Source of the DNA: Actinomycetota bacterium | Lineage (GTDB): Bacteria > Actinomycetota > Actinomycetes > Actinomycetales > Microbacteriaceae | Assembly: GCA_041191905.1 (NCBI GenBank) | Contig: JBEENY010000001.1 | Span: forward strand, 3,760-67,759 | Direction of reading: 5' to 3' | Length of the DNA: 64,000 nt | In this document: piece by piece, positions 20,145-31,236 of the stretch | Layout of the letters: every line of letters begins with the position of its first letter | Position numbering within the stretch: the first letter of the stretch is position 1 | Notes under the pieces: generated by a model | Told to the model about the DNA's origin: nothing | The model's database searches: none | What the model saw: the letters and a program-made list of their open reading frames with translations, nothing else | Made by a program: the position numbers and the translations under genes

Positions 20145-20194
20145 TCCATACCTCGGAATAATTTGGTGAGTTTCTTGCTCTAACCTTAGCTGAG

Positions 20195-20713
20195 ATGACT
20201 ATTCAACCCGCTGACTTCAATCTGTTTGGCTCCGATGCGCTAAAGGCTGCGTTTCGCAGGCATGCCTCGGGGGTTGCAATCATTACCTCCGTTACTGAAT
20301 CGGGTGAGCCAATTGGCTTCACCGCAAACTCGGTAACCTCGCTGGGGTCCAATCCCCCGCTAGTCTCCTTCAACATCGCCCAGGGGTCCTCCTCTTACGA
20401 GCACCTCTTGCCGGGAGTGAAGGCCGCGATTCACGTTCTCAAGGCAGAGAACTTAGGCCTCGCTCAGAGACTGGCAGGCCCAAAAGCTCAAAGATTTGAA
20501 GCCGGTGGATTCAGTTGGGTCGATGGCGTGCCAGTATTCACCGAGGTGGCGGCAGTCATTATTGGCTCAATAAGGACTCGCCTCGAGGTAGAGGCGAATG
20601 CCGTGGTTGTGATTGACATTGAATCCGGCTTCGAAAGCTCTGAGGCCGAGCCTTTGCTTTACTTCCGGCGCGGCTACCTCACCACTGGTGAACGCCTAGC
20701 AGACAACTACTAA
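20195..20713 (+). CDS. Flavin reductase-like (HpaC/RutF) protein
   Basis: AFRRHASGVAIIT, GFTANSVTS..PPLV, PLLYFRRGY. Confidence 0.85.
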   Translation: MTIQPADFNLFGSDALKAAFRRHASGVAIITSVTESGEPIGFTANSVTSLGSNPPLVSFNIAQGSSSYEHLLPGVKAAIHVLKAENLGLAQRLAGPKAQRFEAGGFSWVDGVPVFTEVAAVIIGSIRTRLEVEANAVVVIDIESGFESSEAEPLLYFRRGYLTTGERLADNY

Positions 20714-23700
20714 TCAACCGCGTCTGGTCCTAGAAGGGCCTTCAGCTCCCCAAACAAGTCGTGGCCGATAGCAACCCGTTGCGGAAGCAAGAAGTGCTTC
20801 ACATTTGCACCCACCAGTTTCACTTGGACCTCTACGGGACCAGGGTGAGCATCCAGGATTGAGCCGAGTTTTTCAAGAATTGTCTTGTTTGCCATGCTCT
20901 CTTTGATGGAGAGCTTGAGCACCCCACCTTGTTCGCGACCGGCATCGAGCACCTCGATCGAGAACGCTTGGAGGTTGACTTCTTCATCGCGCCTAGAGAT
21001 ACGGCCTCTAATTGCAACGGTTTGGTCAGCTACAAGAAGCTCACGGTTCTCCAGATAGGTCTTTCCCATGAACATGATGGAGATTTCACCAGAGAAATCC
21101 TCCAAAGTGATCTGTCCATAGGGGTTTCCGGAGGTTCGAGCAACCTTGTGGGCAACCTGGGTGATAAGTCCGGCGATCGTTACCATCTCACCGTCTTTGA
21201 GCTGAGTTTCTCGAAGAGCAATCACTCCCATGTCTGAGTGGCGCATCAGCATCGACTCCATACCTGCAAGCGGATGATCCGATACGTAAAGACCGAGCAT
21301 TTCACGCTCGTGCGAGAGCAGGTCTCGCTTGGTCCACTCTGGTAACTGTGGCACTTCAATAATGGCCGGGTCCTCTTCTAGCAAACCTCCGAATAGATCC
21401 ATTTGGCCCGAAGCCTGCTGCTTTTTCAGCACCGTTGCGGAGTCGATGGCCTCTTCATGAATCGCAATCAGCGATCTTCTGGTGTGCCCGAGGGAGTCGA
21501 AAGCGCCCGCTTTGATCAAGGATTCGACCACACGTTTCGAGGTGGCCTGCTGTCCCACCCGGGACAGAAAGTCATGGAAGCTCTGGAACTTGGATTCCTG
21601 GCGAGCTTGGACAATTGCATCAACTACGTTTTTTCCGACATTTCGAATTGCGCCGAGACCAAAACGAATATCGTCACCAACCGCGGCGAAGACCCCAATC
21701 GATTCACTCACATCTGGAGGTAGTACACGAATGCCCATCTTGCGGCATTCGTTGAGGTAAACCGCAAGTTTGTCTTTTGAGTCACCCACGCTTGTCAATA
21801 GCGCCGCCATGTACTCAGCTGGGTAGTTTGCCTTCAGATAAGCAGTCCAGTAGCTGAGAACCCCGTATCCAGCGGAGTGAGCCTTGTTGAAGGCGTAGTC
21901 GGCAAATGGCAGCAGGGTCTCCCAGAGCGCCTTGATAGCACTATCGGAGTAGCCGCGGTCTTTCATACCTGCGCTGAAAATCTCGTACTGCTTTTCCAGT
22001 TCCTCAGGCTTTTTCTTACCCATTGCTCGACGCAAAAGGTCTGCTTGCCCAAGCGAATATCCGGCGACTTTTTGAGCGGCCGCCATCACCTGCTCCTGGT
22101 AAACGATGAGTCCGTAGGTGGGGCCGAGGATCTCTTGTAGAGGCTCCTCCAGCTCAGGGTGAACGGGCTCCACAATCTGAAGACCATTTTTTCGCTGGGC
22201 ATAATTGTTGTGTGAGTTCATGCCCATCGGCCCAGGGCGATACAACGCAATCACAGCTGAGATGTGTTCAAACTCGGATGGCTTCAAAACCCTCAGCAGC
22301 TGGCGCATTGCATCACCATCGAGCTGGAATACCCCTAGGGTGTCACCTCGTGAGAGGAGCTCAAAGGTCTTCTCATCTGCATTTAGATCCAGCTCCTCCA
22401 AGACCACATTTTGACCACGGTTCTGGCGAATGTTTTCTAGGGCATCATCCAATACCGTGAGGTTTCTCAGGCCCAAGAAGTCCATTTTCAAAAGCCCAAG
22501 GTCTTCACACGGAGGTTGGTCAAACTGAGTGATGATGGCGCCGTCTTCCTCGCGCTTCATGATTGGAATCACATCCATCAAAGGCTCAGCAGACATAATT
22601 ACGCCGGCAGCGTGAACTCCCCACTGACGCTTTAGAGACTCAAGCCCCTGAGCAAGATCGAAGACCCGCTTGGATTCTTCGTCACTTTCAATAATCTCCC
22701 TAAACTCAGCCGCCTCGCTGTAGCGCTCAGCCTCGGGATCAATTAGTTCATTGAGAGATACATCGCGACCTAGAACCATCGGCGGCATGGCCTTAGTTAG
22801 CTTCTCCCCTACCGCGTAGGGTAAGGCCAGCACTCGGGCCGCATCCTTTAGGGCCTGCTTTGCTTTGATAGTTCCGAAGGTGACGATCTGAGCTACTCGA
22901 TCATCACCGTATTTCTCGGTCACGTACCTGATCACTTCTGGGCGCCTACGATCATCAAAGTCAACATCGATATCTGGCATGGACAATCGCTCAGGGTTTA
23001 AAAAGCGCTCGAAGATAAGGTCGTGTTCCAGCGGGTCAAGCTCCGTGATGCCAAGTGCGTAAGCAACCAAAGAACCTGCTGCCGAACCTCTACCGGGCCC
23101 AACGCGAATGCCCTGCGCTCTGGCCCAGCCAATAAAGTCAGCAACCACCAAGAAATACCCGGGGAACCCCATCTTGATAATCACTTCAAGCTCGTAAGCG
23201 GCCTGCTCTTTGTGCCGGTCTGAGTAACCATTTGGGAATCGGCGATCCATACCGCGCCAAACTTCTTTTTCTAGCCAACCCGACTCCGATTCACCCTCCG
23301 GCACGGGGAACCGCGGCATAAGGTCGCGCTTTTCGAAATTGACCTCAGCTCGCTCTGCAATCAACAGAGTGTTGTTAGCGGCCTCTGGAATGTCCTTGAA
23401 TATCTCGCGCATTTGCTGAGCACTCTTTAGGTAGTACTCCTGCGACTCAAACTTGAATCGATTTTGATCGTAGATGTTAGAGCCAACCTGCACGCACAAC
23501 AGTGCATCATGAGCCTCATGATCCCCTTGATTGGTGTAGTGCAGATCATTGGTTGCAACCAGCGGCAAGTTCAAGTCTTTTGCAAGTCGAAGCAAATCGT
23601 CTCGAACTCGCTTTTCAATGTCCAGACCATGGTCCATGACCTCAACAAAAAAGTTACCTTCGCCAAAAATGTCTCTGAACTCAGCCGCCGTCTTGATTGC

Positions 23701-24198
23701 CTCGTCATACTGCCCAAGTCGCAATCGGGTCTGTACCTCGCCACCTGGGCAACCGGTTGTGGCAATCAATCCCTTGCCATATTTGCTCAGCAATTCGCGA
23801 TCCATACGAGGTTTGAAGTAATAGCCGGATAGGTAGGCCTCGGAGGATAACCGGAAGAGATTTTGCATGGACGCGTTGTCTGTTGACCACATCGTCATGT
23901 GACTGTAGGCCCCACCACCTGAAACGTCGTCGTCTCCACCGTCAGCCCAACGCACCTTTGACTTATCGAGCCGCGAACCTGGCGCTAGATACGCCTCAAT
24001 GCCAATAATGGGCTTGATACCTTGGGCCTTAGCCTGCTTCCAAAACTCATAAGCGCCGTGAGTGTTGCCGTGATCGGTCATCGCAATTGCAGGCATGCCC
24101 AACTCGACCGCCTTAGCGATCAGCTTTTTTACCCGCGCTGCCCCATCGAGCATTGAATACTCGGTGTGATTGTGCAGGTGAACAAAAGACTCGCTCAA
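20710..24198 (-). CDS. dnaE: DNA polymerase III alpha subunit
   Basis: PHP domain HLHNHTEYSMLDG, GRGSAAGS, SMPDIDVDF, KMDFLGL, OB fold; no intein-sized insertion. Confidence 0.98.
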   Translation of the reverse strand: MSESFVHLHNHTEYSMLDGAARVKKLIAKAVELGMPAIAMTDHGNTHGAYEFWKQAKAQGIKPIIGIEAYLAPGSRLDKSKVRWADGGDDDVSGGGAYSHMTMWSTDNASMQNLFRLSSEAYLSGYYFKPRMDRELLSKYGKGLIATTGCPGGEVQTRLRLGQYDEAIKTAAEFRDIFGEGNFFVEVMDHGLDIEKRVRDDLLRLAKDLNLPLVATNDLHYTNQGDHEAHDALLCVQVGSNIYDQNRFKFESQEYYLKSAQQMREIFKDIPEAANNTLLIAERAEVNFEKRDLMPRFPVPEGESESGWLEKEVWRGMDRRFPNGYSDRHKEQAAYELEVIIKMGFPGYFLVVADFIGWARAQGIRVGPGRGSAAGSLVAYALGITELDPLEHDLIFERFLNPERLSMPDIDVDFDDRRRPEVIRYVTEKYGDDRVAQIVTFGTIKAKQALKDAARVLALPYAVGEKLTKAMPPMVLGRDVSLNELIDPEAERYSEAAEFREIIESDEESKRVFDLAQGLESLKRQWGVHAAGVIMSAEPLMDVIPIMKREEDGAIITQFDQPPCEDLGLLKMDFLGLRNLTVLDDALENIRQNRGQNVVLEELDLNADEKTFELLSRGDTLGVFQLDGDAMRQLLRVLKPSEFEHISAVIALYRPGPMGMNSHNNYAQRKNGLQIVEPVHPELEEPLQEILGPTYGLIVYQEQVMAAAQKVAGYSLGQADLLRRAMGKKKPEELEKQYEIFSAGMKDRGYSDSAIKALWETLLPFADYAFNKAHSAGYGVLSYWTAYLKANYPAEYMAALLTSVGDSKDKLAVYLNECRKMGIRVLPPDVSESIGVFAAVGDDIRFGLGAIRNVGKNVVDAIVQARQESKFQSFHDFLSRVGQQATSKRVVESLIKAGAFDSLGHTRRSLIAIHEEAIDSATVLKKQQASGQMDLFGGLLEEDPAIIEVPQLPEWTKRDLLSHEREMLGLYVSDHPLAGMESMLMRHSDMGVIALRETQLKDGEMVTIAGLITQVAHKVARTSGNPYGQITLEDFSGEISIMFMGKTYLENRELLVADQTVAIRGRISRRDEEVNLQAFSIEVLDAGREQGGVLKLSIKESMANKTILEKLGSILDAHPGPVEVQVKLVGANVKHFLLPQRVAIGHDLFGELKALLGPDAVD

Positions 24199-24226
24199 AC
24201 CCGCTCCTAATCGATAGACCTAAAGC

Positions 24227-25174
24227 CTAAAGGCGAAAATCGGCATCCCTTAGCTTGTCCAGAGCGAGTTCAAGATCCCGTGGGTAATTTGATTCAAATT
24301 CCACCCAGTCCTGCGTGATTGGGTGGGCGAATGCCAGTTTCTTGGCGTGGAGCCATTGCCTATCTAGTCCCAGTGCCGCCGCAAGTTTTGGATCCGCGCC
24401 GTAGAGTGGGTCACCGACCAGCGGATGCCTGAAATGCGAGAAATGGACTCTAATTTGGTGGGTTCTGCCAGTCTCCAAGCCAATTTCCATCAGGGCTGCA
24501 GCTGGAAGCAGCTCGATGGTTTTGTAGTGCGTGACAGCCGGCTTACCATCGGCGGAGATGGTGAATTTGTAGTCATGCCTCTGACTTCTGGCAATTGGTG
24601 TGTCTATCGTGCCGGATGCTGGCTCGGGATGACCTTGGGCAAGAGCGTGATAGGTCTTCTTCACCGTTCTATCGCGAAACGCCTGCTTCAGAACTGAATA
24701 GGCACGCTCCGATCGCGCTAGCACCATCAAACCAGAGGTTCCAACATCGAGCCTTTGGACAATGCCTTGGCGTTCATGCGCGCCAGAGGTTGAGAGGGTA
24801 ATCCCGCGAGCAAGCAACACCCCGGCAACGCTTGGGCCCTCGAATCCGACTGAAGGGTGAGACACCACCCCTGCTGGCTTATTGATGACCACAATGTCCT
24901 GATCGAGATAAACCACCTCTAGCTCGGGAACATCTTGCGCAATAACCTCGAGGGTTTGAACCGGCCCCTCATCAAGGATCACTTCCAAAATGTGGTCCAC
25001 ATTCAGGCGGTCAGACTTTTGTACCGTACCAAATTGCGAGGAAACCGAGCCCGCTTCAATTAGTTCAATGGCCTTGGTTCGGGATAATCCGAGCATTTTT
25101 GCCAGTGCCACATCCGCCCGCTCCCCGACCAGCGAGTCCGGGACCGGCAGAAATTTACTCAACTTTGCCGCCAC
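24227..25174 (-). CDS. RluA/RluD-family pseudouridine synthase
   Basis: S4-like N-terminus, NKPAG, QRLDVGTSG, ETGRTHQIRVH. Confidence 0.93.
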   Translation of the reverse strand: MAAKLSKFLPVPDSLVGERADVALAKMLGLSRTKAIELIEAGSVSSQFGTVQKSDRLNVDHILEVILDEGPVQTLEVIAQDVPELEVVYLDQDIVVINKPAGVVSHPSVGFEGPSVAGVLLARGITLSTSGAHERQGIVQRLDVGTSGLMVLARSERAYSVLKQAFRDRTVKKTYHALAQGHPEPASGTIDTPIARSQRHDYKFTISADGKPAVTHYKTIELLPAAALMEIGLETGRTHQIRVHFSHFRHPLVGDPLYGADPKLAAALGLDRQWLHAKKLAFAHPITQDWVEFESNYPRDLELALDKLRDADFRL

Positions 25175-25649
25175 CTATTTCATCTCCGCGCAGAGTGCGC
25201 AAGATTGCGAGTGAGAGCCCAATAACCAGGAAGCTGTCTGCGAGGTTAAAGATCGGGAAATTGAATGGAATCTGAATGAAGTCCACTACGTGACCTGAGA
25301 AAAACTGAGGCTCCTTGAACACCCGATCCACCCAGTTGCCAGCCGCTCCCCCAAGAACCAAGCCGGCAATCACGGCCCAGACAGTGGTCTTTGCCCTGGG
25401 CCCAAACCACAAGAGCAAGAGCACAGCAACGCTAGAAATCAGAGCCAAAACCCAGGTGGCACCAAAGCCAAGTGAGAATGCCGCAGCTTCGTTGTAGGCG
25501 AGCCTAAAGCGCAAGATCTCGCCAAGGACGTTAACAACCTGGCCATTTCCGAGAAATGCCTCGGCCGCGTACTTAGTTACCTGGTCGAGAACAACGGCAA
25601 CGAGCCCGATTGAGTAGACCCAGCGAGCCGCTGAACTAGTTGCGCTCAC
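25155..25649 (-). CDS. lspA: Lipoprotein signal peptidase II
   Basis: DQVTK, N..AAFS, GNWVDR, VVDFI, FNLAD. Confidence 0.95.
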   Translation of the reverse strand: MSATSSAARWVYSIGLVAVVLDQVTKYAAEAFLGNGQVVNVLGEILRFRLAYNEAAAFSLGFGATWVLALISSVAVLLLLWFGPRAKTTVWAVIAGLVLGGAAGNWVDRVFKEPQFFSGHVVDFIQIPFNFPIFNLADSFLVIGLSLAILRTLRGDEIGGGKVE

Positions 25650-26334
25650 TCAGTTCGGTTTCTTCTTCGTCTTCTTCAATCTCGACTGCGTCTGCAACTG
25701 CAGCGGTGTCCACGACTACCGCGGTTGCCGCTGCAGCTGCAGCTGCACTCTCTAGTTCGATTTTTGCAGCGGCCTCAAGTGGCTGCTCAAATGACTCTTC
25801 ACGAACCAGCGTCTGGAGCTGGGACTCAATGTAGTCGCGCAGACGGCCACGGTAGTCGTGCTCAAACTCGCGCAGCTCGTCGATGGTGTTCTCGATAGCG
25901 CGTCGGTCAAGCTCAAGCTGACCAATAACGGCACGAGCCTGTGCCTCAGCGTCGCGAACCAGACGGGTTGCAGACTCCTGTCCGTCACGAATTAGCTGGT
26001 CGCGCTTGGTTAGACCCTCGCGAACGTGCTCTTCGTGGAGCTTGCGAGCAAGCTCTAGGAGGCTGTGGGAGTTCTGTGCGTCAGCGGCTGATGGAACCGC
26101 TGCTGCTGCGACCACCGAGGCCGCAGGGTATGAAGGCGCGGCCACAGGTGCCTCTTCGGCGCGAGCCTCAGCGGCCTGAAGCTTGCTCTTGAGCTCCTGG
26201 TTCTCAGCGGTGAGACGGCGGAACTCAATAGCCAACTCGTCTAGAAAGTCATCGACCTCGTCCTGGTCGTAACCCTCGCGGAATTTGGTTTGCTGAAATC
26301 TCTTGTTGACTACATCCTCGGGCGTCAGCGCCAT
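25636..26334 (-). CDS. divIVA: DivIVA/Wag31
   Basis: MALTPEDV..KRF..GYDQDEVDDFLD; coiled coil; SD GGAAGG before ATG 26334. Confidence 0.94.
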   Translation of the reverse strand: MALTPEDVVNKRFQQTKFREGYDQDEVDDFLDELAIEFRRLTAENQELKSKLQAAEARAEEAPVAAPSYPAASVVAAAAVPSAADAQNSHSLLELARKLHEEHVREGLTKRDQLIRDGQESATRLVRDAEAQARAVIGQLELDRRAIENTIDELREFEHDYRGRLRDYIESQLQTLVREESFEQPLEAAAKIELESAAAAAAATAVVVDTAAVADAVEIEEDEEETELSERN

Positions 26335-26388
26335 TTGGTGCACCTTCCTAACAGGGTCGCTCAAAGCAACGAACACCATGTTATTTGA

Positions 26389-26673
26389 CTAAAGGGCGGC
26401 TGCCAAACTTCTCAGGAAAAGTACCGCAATAAGCACAATCGTGAAGGCAAGATCTAGCGCAACCGGACCCAGTCGAATCGGTGGAATGAAGCCTCTGACA
26501 AACTTCAGCGGCGGATCAGTGATCGTGTAAACGAAATCCAATACCGGCAATAGCAGCCCAGGCGGGCGCCAGGATCGATTCACGCTGACTACGAGGTCAG
26601 ATATGAAGCGAGCGAGCAGAACGTAGAAATAAATCTGTAGTGCGAAAGCGACTAAATCTCCGACTAGGGACAT
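26389..26673 (-). CDS. YggT-family membrane protein
   Basis: ITDPPLK.VR..IPP..LG..LDL; position in dcw tail. Confidence 0.88.
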   Translation of the reverse strand: MSLVGDLVAFALQIYFYVLLARFISDLVVSVNRSWRPPGLLLPVLDFVYTITDPPLKFVRGFIPPIRLGPVALDLAFTIVLIAVLFLRSLAAAL

Positions 26674-26677
26674 TTGG

Positions 26678-27061
26678 TTAGTTCATGAGGTCTTCACTGG
26701 TCTCTTCCTCTGAGTCAGAGTCCGAGATAGCGACGTGAGCTGGAGTTAGCAAGTACACCTTTGGCGTGACGCGCTTTAGAGAGCCTTCCAGACCTTCCTT
26801 GAGTCCGATCATGAAATCGAGCATGCGCTTTGCCTCAGGCTCGCTCAAGGCAGCGATGTTCACGATGACCGGGACTCCCTGACGGAAGTTTGCCGCAACG
26901 TCCTTGCCGTCAGCGTAGGACTGAGGGTCGATGGTCACGATCTCTGACATGTCGGAGGATCGGCGACGAGTCACAGGACGAGGCTTAGCTGATGTGTCCG
27001 CAACTGGTGCTTCAGACCCACCAAATCCGAAGAATGTCATTACTGAATTCATTACGCCCAT
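26678..27061 (-). CDS. sepF: Cell division protein SepF
   Basis: N-terminal amphipathic helix; P.SYAD..FRQGVPVIVN, RMLDF..G, YLLTP. Confidence 0.9.
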   Translation of the reverse strand: MGVMNSVMTFFGFGGSEAPVADTSAKPRPVTRRRSSDMSEIVTIDPQSYADGKDVAANFRQGVPVIVNIAALSEPEAKRMLDFMIGLKEGLEGSLKRVTPKVYLLTPAHVAISDSDSEEETSEDLMN

Positions 27062-27092
27062 GAAAACTCCTTAGCTTGCTTCAAGACTAGGC

Positions 27093-27767
27093 TCAATAGG
27101 CCCTTGGGCCCGTTATTTTGGAGCCAACTCGAATGTGTGTCGCGCCCATTTCAAGTGCCACCTGATAGTCCTCACTCATACCCATCGACAGGGCTTGAGC
27201 AGAGGGAGCGAGAGCAAGTAGGACTTTTTGGGCTTTCAGTACCTTTTCAAATTCAGAGCGTGGATTCTCATTCAGACCAGCAACCGCCATCAATCCCTGG
27301 AGTTTGATCCTCGGGACGCTCAAGACCTGCTCAACCAGCTCAGCTAGATTCTCGGGGAGCACTCCCCCGCGACCGGGATCACCGGTGAGATTTAGCTCAA
27401 TGAAGCCCTCAACCTCTCGCTGCTGTTTTTCGAGCTGTTTCGCCAGCTCCTGCACCAGTGATGGCCTATCTATTGAGTGAATAGCCTTTGCGTAGCGCAG
27501 CACTGATTTGACTTTATTGGTTTGCAGTTGCCCGATAAAGTGCCAGCTCAAACCATTGCCGGCACGCAGCGCATTGGTTTCGTCAAACTTTGCGCCAGCC
27601 TCTTGATCGCGATTCTCTCCAACGTCTTTACAGCCAAGGTCAATGAGCTCTGCAACCAGCTGCGCTGGATGGTTTTTCGTCACGACGATCAAAGTCGCAG
27701 GGCCAAAAGCCGAAGAGGTCCTGGCCACATCGGCCAGGACCCTTTCGTAACGTTCCTTTAGGATCAA
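27093..27767 (-). CDS. yggS: YggS PLP-homeostasis protein
   Basis: [35 protein letters not shown]. Confidence 0.93.
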   Translation of the reverse strand: MILKERYERVLADVARTSSAFGPATLIVVTKNHPAQLVAELIDLGCKDVGENRDQEAGAKFDETNALRAGNGLSWHFIGQLQTNKVKSVLRYAKAIHSIDRPSLVQELAKQLEKQQREVEGFIELNLTGDPGRGGVLPENLAELVEQVLSVPRIKLQGLMAVAGLNENPRSEFEKVLKAQKVLLALAPSAQALSMGMSEDYQVALEMGATHIRVGSKITGPRAY

Positions 27768-28936
27768 CGGAAGAAGTCTGGTAGGTCCAGGTCATCCCCG
27801 TAGCCACTGTCGACCTTGCTGCTGATGGAAACCTCGACTGGTTCAAAGTCAGCGAACTCGCTCGCAACAGTCTCCTCGGTGGTATCAGAAGCAAGCTCCT
27901 GCGTCGCCTCGGCTGTCACAGCGGTTGAAGCTGCTGCGGCAAGGGCAGCCTGGCCCAGTGCTGCAGCGTCAAACTTGCGGTAGGTAGGCTCGCCACCATC
28001 AAAACCAGCGGCGATAACGGTGATGCGAACCTCATCGCCCAAGGTGTCCTCGATCGTGGCACCAAAGATTATGTTGGCCTCTGGGTGAACAGCTTCCTGG
28101 ACCAAACGCGCGGCGTCATCAATCTCGTGCAGACCTAGATCAGATGCTCCCTGGATTAGCAAAAGCACACCGTGAGCACCTTCGATGGTTGCCTCAAGTA
28201 GCGGCGATGAAACGGCGATCTCCGCTGCGCGAACAGCGCGATCCTCTCCCTTGGCGGTTCCGATACCCATCAGTGCGGAACCAGCGCCCTGCATTACCGA
28301 CTTCACGTCGTTGAAGTCAAGGTTGATCAAACCTGGGACCACAATCAAGTCGCTGATGCCCTGTACACCTGCGCGCAGAACGTCATCGGCAGTCATGAAT
28401 GCCTCAATCGCAGAAATCTTCTTGTTGGACATCTCGAGAAGGCGCTGGTTTGGAACAACGATGAGAGTGTCAACCTCGGCGCGTAGCGCCTTGATGCCCT
28501 CGTCTGCCTGAACCGCGCGGCGCTTACCTTCGAAGTTGAACGGCCTGGTGACCACACCCACAGTCAGTGCACCCAGGCGACGTGCGATTCTCGCTACGAC
28601 GGGAGCCGCACCAGTACCGGTACCACCACCCTCTCCAGCGGTAACAAACACCATGTCTGAACCCTTCAGGGCAGACTCAATTTCATTCTCGTGCTCCTCA
28701 GCAGCACGTCTACCCACCTCAGGGTCAGCACCGGCACCCAAGCCACGAGTAATGTCGCGACCAATGTCGAGCTTGACGTCAGCGTCACTCATCAGCAACT
28801 GCTGAGCATCTGTGTTCACCGCAACGAACTCAACACCACGCAGACCAGATGCGATCATGCGGTTGAGAGCATTAACACCTCCGCCGCCGACTCCGACGAC
28901 CTTGATTACTGCCTGATAGTTAGGTGCCTGTGACAC
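27764..28936 (-). CDS. ftsZ: Cell division protein FtsZ
   Basis: GVGGGG.NA, GGGTGTG tubulin signature, C-terminal DLDLPDFFR. Confidence 0.99.
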   Translation of the reverse strand: MSQAPNYQAVIKVVGVGGGGVNALNRMIASGLRGVEFVAVNTDAQQLLMSDADVKLDIGRDITRGLGAGADPEVGRRAAEEHENEIESALKGSDMVFVTAGEGGGTGTGAAPVVARIARRLGALTVGVVTRPFNFEGKRRAVQADEGIKALRAEVDTLIVVPNQRLLEMSNKKISAIEAFMTADDVLRAGVQGISDLIVVPGLINLDFNDVKSVMQGAGSALMGIGTAKGEDRAVRAAEIAVSSPLLEATIEGAHGVLLLIQGASDLGLHEIDDAARLVQEAVHPEANIIFGATIEDTLGDEVRITVIAAGFDGGEPTYRKFDAAALGQAALAAAASTAVTAEATQELASDTTEETVASEFADFEPVEVSISSKVDSGYGDDLDLPDFFR

Positions 28937-28955
28937 TTTTGCCTCCTTGTAAGAA

Positions 28956-28985
28956 AACCCTCAAGTTAAGGCTGAGGCTTAACTT
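28956..28985. promoter_or_regulatory. FtsR-type operator in ftsZ promoter with overlapping second palindrome
   Basis: AACCCTCAAGTTAAGGCTGAGGCTT imperfect palindrome; AAGTTAAG-N7-CTTAACTT perfect repeat at 28963-28985. Confidence 0.7.
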
Positions 28986-29052
28986 TGCAACAGGTTTTCA
29001 AATTGCGCGAAGAAGGTAGAGCGCTGGGGCTAAATCGGAACTTATGCGCTCG

Positions 29053-29061
29053 GGCGTGTCG
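29053..29061 (-). promoter_or_regulatory. CGACACGCC box upstream of ftsZ (WhiA-like GACAC core)
   Basis: Identical 9-mer also at 54900-54908 upstream of the MerR gene. Confidence 0.5.
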
Positions 29062-29070
29062 CAAACCTGG

Positions 29071-29847
29071 TCAGTAATTTGGGTAGGTAACAACCGGTGC
29101 GTTAGGTGAAGACACGTCCACAACCACCGACTCTTTCAACCCGGTTTTCAAAAGTGTCATGAGGACCTCATTTTTCAACAGCGCCTGCTTGGTGTCACCC
29201 CAGATCACAGTGATGTTTGATTTCTTCAAGACCAACTTGGTGGTTAGCTGCTCGGAAACCTCAATTGAGTAGACGCGCTGATATGTCTTCACGGGAAGCG
29301 ACAGCAGCACTTCCATGGCGGTTGAGAACTGTGGGTTGTCCTTGGGGTTGCCTTTGATGTTCAGATAGGGCAGTTTCACCGGCCCAGTTGCTTGCTCAAT
29401 CTGGATTCCAGCTGCGTCGTAGAGGAAGTTTTTTCCCGACCGGACCAAGACAACTATGGGCTGACGTTCCCGGATCTTGACGTTCAAAGTGTGCGGCGGC
29501 TCTGCTTGGATGGCGAATGTCTCAATCAAGGTGAAGTCGCTCAAAAGCTCTGCAACCTCGTCCTCTGAAACTGTCGTGAGCGGACGTCCATCGAGAGACT
29601 CAAGGGCTTTAGAGATTTTCTTAGGCTCGAGTCGATCAGTTCCCGAGACGACAATCTTGTCGATAGCCAACAGTGGGGTAAAGAAAGTTGCCGCAACCAA
29701 GCCGACTAAAACCAGTGGCGAAAGCACTAAGAATGCCCGGGAAAACAGTGCAAACGGACCAAGGGAAGACTTGGGCTTTTCTATCTTCGTGCGGTTCGAG
29801 ATTCGCTTGCGCTCTTTTGCCAGCAGCTCTCTTTCGGGACGCTTCAA
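29071..29847 (-). CDS. ftsQ: Cell division protein FtsQ/DivIB
   Basis: Single TM, POTRA domain ([14 protein letters not shown]), DVSSP.AP C-terminus; between murC and ftsZ. Confidence 0.88.
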   Translation of the reverse strand: MKRPERELLAKERKRISNRTKIEKPKSSLGPFALFSRAFLVLSPLVLVGLVAATFFTPLLAIDKIVVSGTDRLEPKKISKALESLDGRPLTTVSEDEVAELLSDFTLIETFAIQAEPPHTLNVKIRERQPIVVLVRSGKNFLYDAAGIQIEQATGPVKLPYLNIKGNPKDNPQFSTAMEVLLSLPVKTYQRVYSIEVSEQLTTKLVLKKSNITVIWGDTKQALLKNEVLMTLLKTGLKESVVVDVSSPNAPVVTYPNY

Positions 29848-31232
29848 CTCTTCAGTGCCTCGAGAAGCTCAGGGACCATCTTGTAAACATCGCCGCATCC
29901 CATAGTCATGATGAAATCGCCGGAATTGGCTAGCTTGGCAGCCACTGCAGGGGCATCTTCCCATAGCGGTACATAGTGAACCTTTGATTGATCAGCGAAT
30001 CGATCACTAATCAAGGCACCTGTAACCCCTGGCTCTGGATCCTCTCGGGCCGCGTAAACATCTAGCACAACAACCTGATCGCTCAAGGCCAACGCTTCTG
30101 CGAACTCCTGGGCAAAAATGCGAGTTCTTGAGTAAAGGTGGGGCTGGAACAGGGTGATCAATTTGCCGCTTCCCACAGCTGCCCTTGCCGCCTTGAGAGC
30201 CGCTGCCACCTCGGTTGGGTGGTGCGCAAAGTCATCGTAGACCTTTACCCCTCGATGCTCACCGTGAAGTTCGAAACGGCGCACCGTGCCTCCAAACTTT
30301 GCCACCGCCTTAGCGCTGGCAACAAAGTCAAAACCATGCCCCACCAAGACAGCAACGGCTCCGGCGGCATTTAGTGCGTTGTGGGCTCCGGGAATACTTA
30401 GCTCAAGGTCAACACTCTCGCCTCGATGTGTGAGTGAAAACTTGACTTGCGGTCCCGAGGCATCGACGTTGTGGACCCTGAAATCAGCCCCCTGAGCTTC
30501 TCCGAAAGTGAGAACCTTTGGGTGTTGGAGCAAAGCGGTGACTCTGACTGCACCTGGGTCATCCGAGGAAATGACCACAAGGTCGCTCGCAGCATTGGCA
30601 AACTTCACAAATTCGCCCTCAAAGGCTTCGAGTGAGCCAAAGTGATCAAGGTGATCTGGATCGACGTTGGTGATTAAAACCGTGTGGGTGTTGTAGTGCA
30701 GGAACGAGCTGTCAGATTCATCCGCCTCGATAACGAACTGCTCACCCGAACCGAAAGCACTGGAGGCACCATAGGCCTGAATGACGCCGCCGTTGACGAA
30801 GCTTGGGTCCGCGCCGAGGACATCGAGTCCAGTAACCACCATGCCGGTGGAAGTGGTTTTTCCGTGCGCACCGGCCACTGCAATGAGTTTGCCAGTTGAT
30901 GCCAAGTGGGCAAGCATGGCGGAGCGGTGTAAGACCGGTAAGCCCTTTTCCAGTGCGAGCAGATATTCAGGATTTGTGGGCCACAAAGCGCTTGTAACCA
31001 CGACGGTGTTGGCATCTCCAAGGTTGGCTGCATCGTGACCGATTGTGATTTCGGCACCTAGGGCTCGTAGCTGGGTTATGTTGTCGCTTTCGCGAACGTC
31101 ACTGCCAGTGACCTGGTGCCCCATCCCGATCAGCAATCTTGCGAGACCGCTCATACCGGAACCACCAATTCCAACAAAGTGAACCTTTCCTAGGTCCTGA
31201 GGAACGGGCTGTGAGTAATCTGGCTTGATCAT
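29844..31232 (-). CDS. murC: UDP-MurNAc:first amino acid ligase
   Basis: [33 protein letters not shown]. Confidence 0.96.
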   Translation of the reverse strand: MIKPDYSQPVPQDLGKVHFVGIGGSGMSGLARLLIGMGHQVTGSDVRESDNITQLRALGAEITIGHDAANLGDANTVVVTSALWPTNPEYLLALEKGLPVLHRSAMLAHLASTGKLIAVAGAHGKTTSTGMVVTGLDVLGADPSFVNGGVIQAYGASSAFGSGEQFVIEADESDSSFLHYNTHTVLITNVDPDHLDHFGSLEAFEGEFVKFANAASDLVVISSDDPGAVRVTALLQHPKVLTFGEAQGADFRVHNVDASGPQVKFSLTHRGESVDLELSIPGAHNALNAAGAVAVLVGHGFDFVASAKAVAKFGGTVRRFELHGEHRGVKVYDDFAHHPTEVAAALKAARAAVGSGKLITLFQPHLYSRTRIFAQEFAEALALSDQVVVLDVYAAREDPEPGVTGALISDRFADQSKVHYVPLWEDAPAVAAKLANSGDFIMTMGCGDVYKMVPELLEALKS

Positions 31233-31236
31233 TTGA

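Noticed and set aside
18397-20194. hisD separated from the his operon and linked to nrdR-pyrD; NrdR boxes
   Set aside because: To my knowledge this order is usual in Microbacteriaceae, and no convincing NrdR box was found in the nearby gaps
20710-24198. Possible intein or split in dnaE
   Set aside because: Length is typical and no intein motifs or insertion were seen
25640-25760. GCA/GCT and GAA repeats at the divIVA 3' end
   Set aside because: Coding low-complexity Ala/Glu tail, not a DNA repeat element
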